From: an uncultured Candidatus Saccharibacteria bacterium
GTDB taxonomy: Bacteria; Patescibacteriota; Minisyncoccia; Phycocordibacterales; UBA1006
Length of the DNA: 35,298 nt
Direction of reading: 5' to 3'
Assembly: GCA_964405115.1 (NCBI GenBank)
Contig: CAYOMN010000004.1
Coordinates: 1 to 35,298 of the forward strand
The notes under the pieces are model-generated. The model worked only from the letters and a program-made list of their open reading frames with translations. It had not been told where the DNA came from and did not search any database. The position numbers and the translations under genes are program-made. Of this stretch, positions 34,908 through 35,298 are shown in pieces. The first letter of the stretch is position 1, and the number at the start of each line of letters is the position of its first letter.

Positions 34908-34966
34908 ATCCCACTTTTAATATACTCTATCCCACTATTCTATGCAAATATTTTACATATACCACT
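34901..34966 (-). promoter_or_regulatory. candidate mraZ promoter (TTGCAT-17-TATATT) overlapped by four phased AGTGG(G) boxes (putative MraZ operator)
   Basis: On the minus strand the -35 is at 34947..34942 and the -10 at 34924..34919. AGTGG(G) boxes start at 34966, 34936, 34915 and 34905, giving spacings of 30, 21 and 10 nt. Confidence 0.5.
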
Positions 34967-34976
34967 CTGTGGATAA

Positions 34977-35029
34977 ATTGTGTAAACAAAAAACAAACAT
35001 ATTATGTTTATTTTTTGTTTACACACAAT
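34977..35029. other. long hairpin (about 23 bp, one 2-nt bulge, one mismatch) between divergent mraZ and tRNA-Ser
   Basis: ATTGTGTAAACAAAAAACAAACAT, loop ATT, then ATGTTTATTTTTTGTTTACACACAAT. Confidence 0.6.
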
Positions 35030-35071
35030 ATAATTTTATATTATTTTTAAATATGTTAATATATTTTTAAT

Positions 35072-35161
35072 GGAGAGTTGGCTGAGTGGTCGAAAGCGCT
35101 TCACTGCTAACGAAGTAAACTGTAAAAGGTTTCAAGGGTTCGAATCCCTTACTCTCCGCCA
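35072..35161 (+). tRNA. tRNA-Ser (anticodon GCT), long variable arm, encoded 3' CCA
   Basis: GGAGAGT..CTTCA-CTGCTAA-CGAAG + variable arm + AGGGTTCGAATCCCT-ACTCTCC-G-CCA. Confidence 0.85.
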
Positions 35162-35298
35162 ATTTGCGATTTTGTCATTTTCGACAGAATTGCGAGCCTG
35201 CAAAAGTCGCGCTTTGTGCGGAAATGGCTTTCTTTGAAGAAAATCCAGAATAGGAAGCTTTAGAAAAATAATAAATTTTAATTTATATATTTTACTTA

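Noticed and set aside
34968-34976. A perfect DnaA-box 9-mer, TGTGGATAA (reverse complement of TTATCCACA), in the mraZ / tRNA-Ser intergenic region, raising the possibility of an origin of replication.
   Set aside because: I could find only one exact box; the neighbouring TTATCT.. sequences have at least two mismatches. No dnaA or dnaN is nearby and no AT-rich unwinding repeat array is present. The 9-mer also overlaps one of the GTGG-type boxes (CCAC-TCT-GTGG) better explained as part of the MraZ operator. A single hit in 35 kb on two strands is compatible with chance.
1-35298. A CRISPR array, or tandem or interspersed repeats longer than about 25 bp.
   Set aside because: Reading through all intergenic regions, I saw no regularly spaced direct repeats. 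The only repeats seen are hairpin or inverted repeats, reported separately, and protein-level paralogy in the pilin-like family.
1-35298. An alternative genetic code (UGA recoding, as in some CPR lineages).
   Set aside because: Long conserved genes (clpB 900 aa, topA, typA, ftsI, infB) are uninterrupted under the standard code, and their ends coincide with the expected protein termini.

Overview
By eye the window is very AT-rich (about 70% A+T). It is densely packed with short genes that read cleanly under the standard bacterial code. The content looks like a reduced Patescibacteria/CPR-type genome, but that assignment is inference. Supporting signs are a minimal IF-2, DUF4446, a MYG1 homologue, LDH, VirB2-like small proteins and no biosynthetic operons.

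Most of the window is housekeeping:
- a partial Xer-like recombinase, miaA, rpmG (missed by the ORF track) and clpB
- a NifS-like desulfurase, DUF4446-infB-rbfA, typA, ldh, ftsEX and trpS
- an MscS-family channel, obg, yqeY, topA and rmuC
- the start of the dcw cluster (mraZ-rsmH-ftsL-ftsI)
- six tRNAs (Trp, Tyr, Cys, Leu, Gln, Ser) and many clean hairpin terminators

The stretch that does not look like housekeeping is 9.7-14.7 kb. It holds six paralogous genes for secreted two-helix (VirB2/TrbC-pilin-like) membrane proteins. One of them is fused to a large Cys-containing extracellular domain. They surround a divergent pair made of a small membrane protein and an SPFH-like protein. No secretion ATPase, channel or peptidase is visible anywhere in the 35 kb.

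Other points worth a second look:
- a recurrent TGnTAnnAT extended -10 box sits 6-8 nt before the ATG of at least ten transcription-unit-leading genes, which suggests leaderless mRNAs and corrects several start codons
- an ATP-cone domain fused to an Mrr-like PD-(D/E)xK nuclease
- phased AGTGG(G) boxes plus a 24-bp inverted repeat in the mraZ control region
- a roughly 23-bp hairpin between divergent genes
- a GC-richer structured segment after tRNA-Ser at the window edge
- a tandem CxxC zinc-ribbon gene with a GC-rich leader

All domain calls come from motif recognition by eye. No database search was run.
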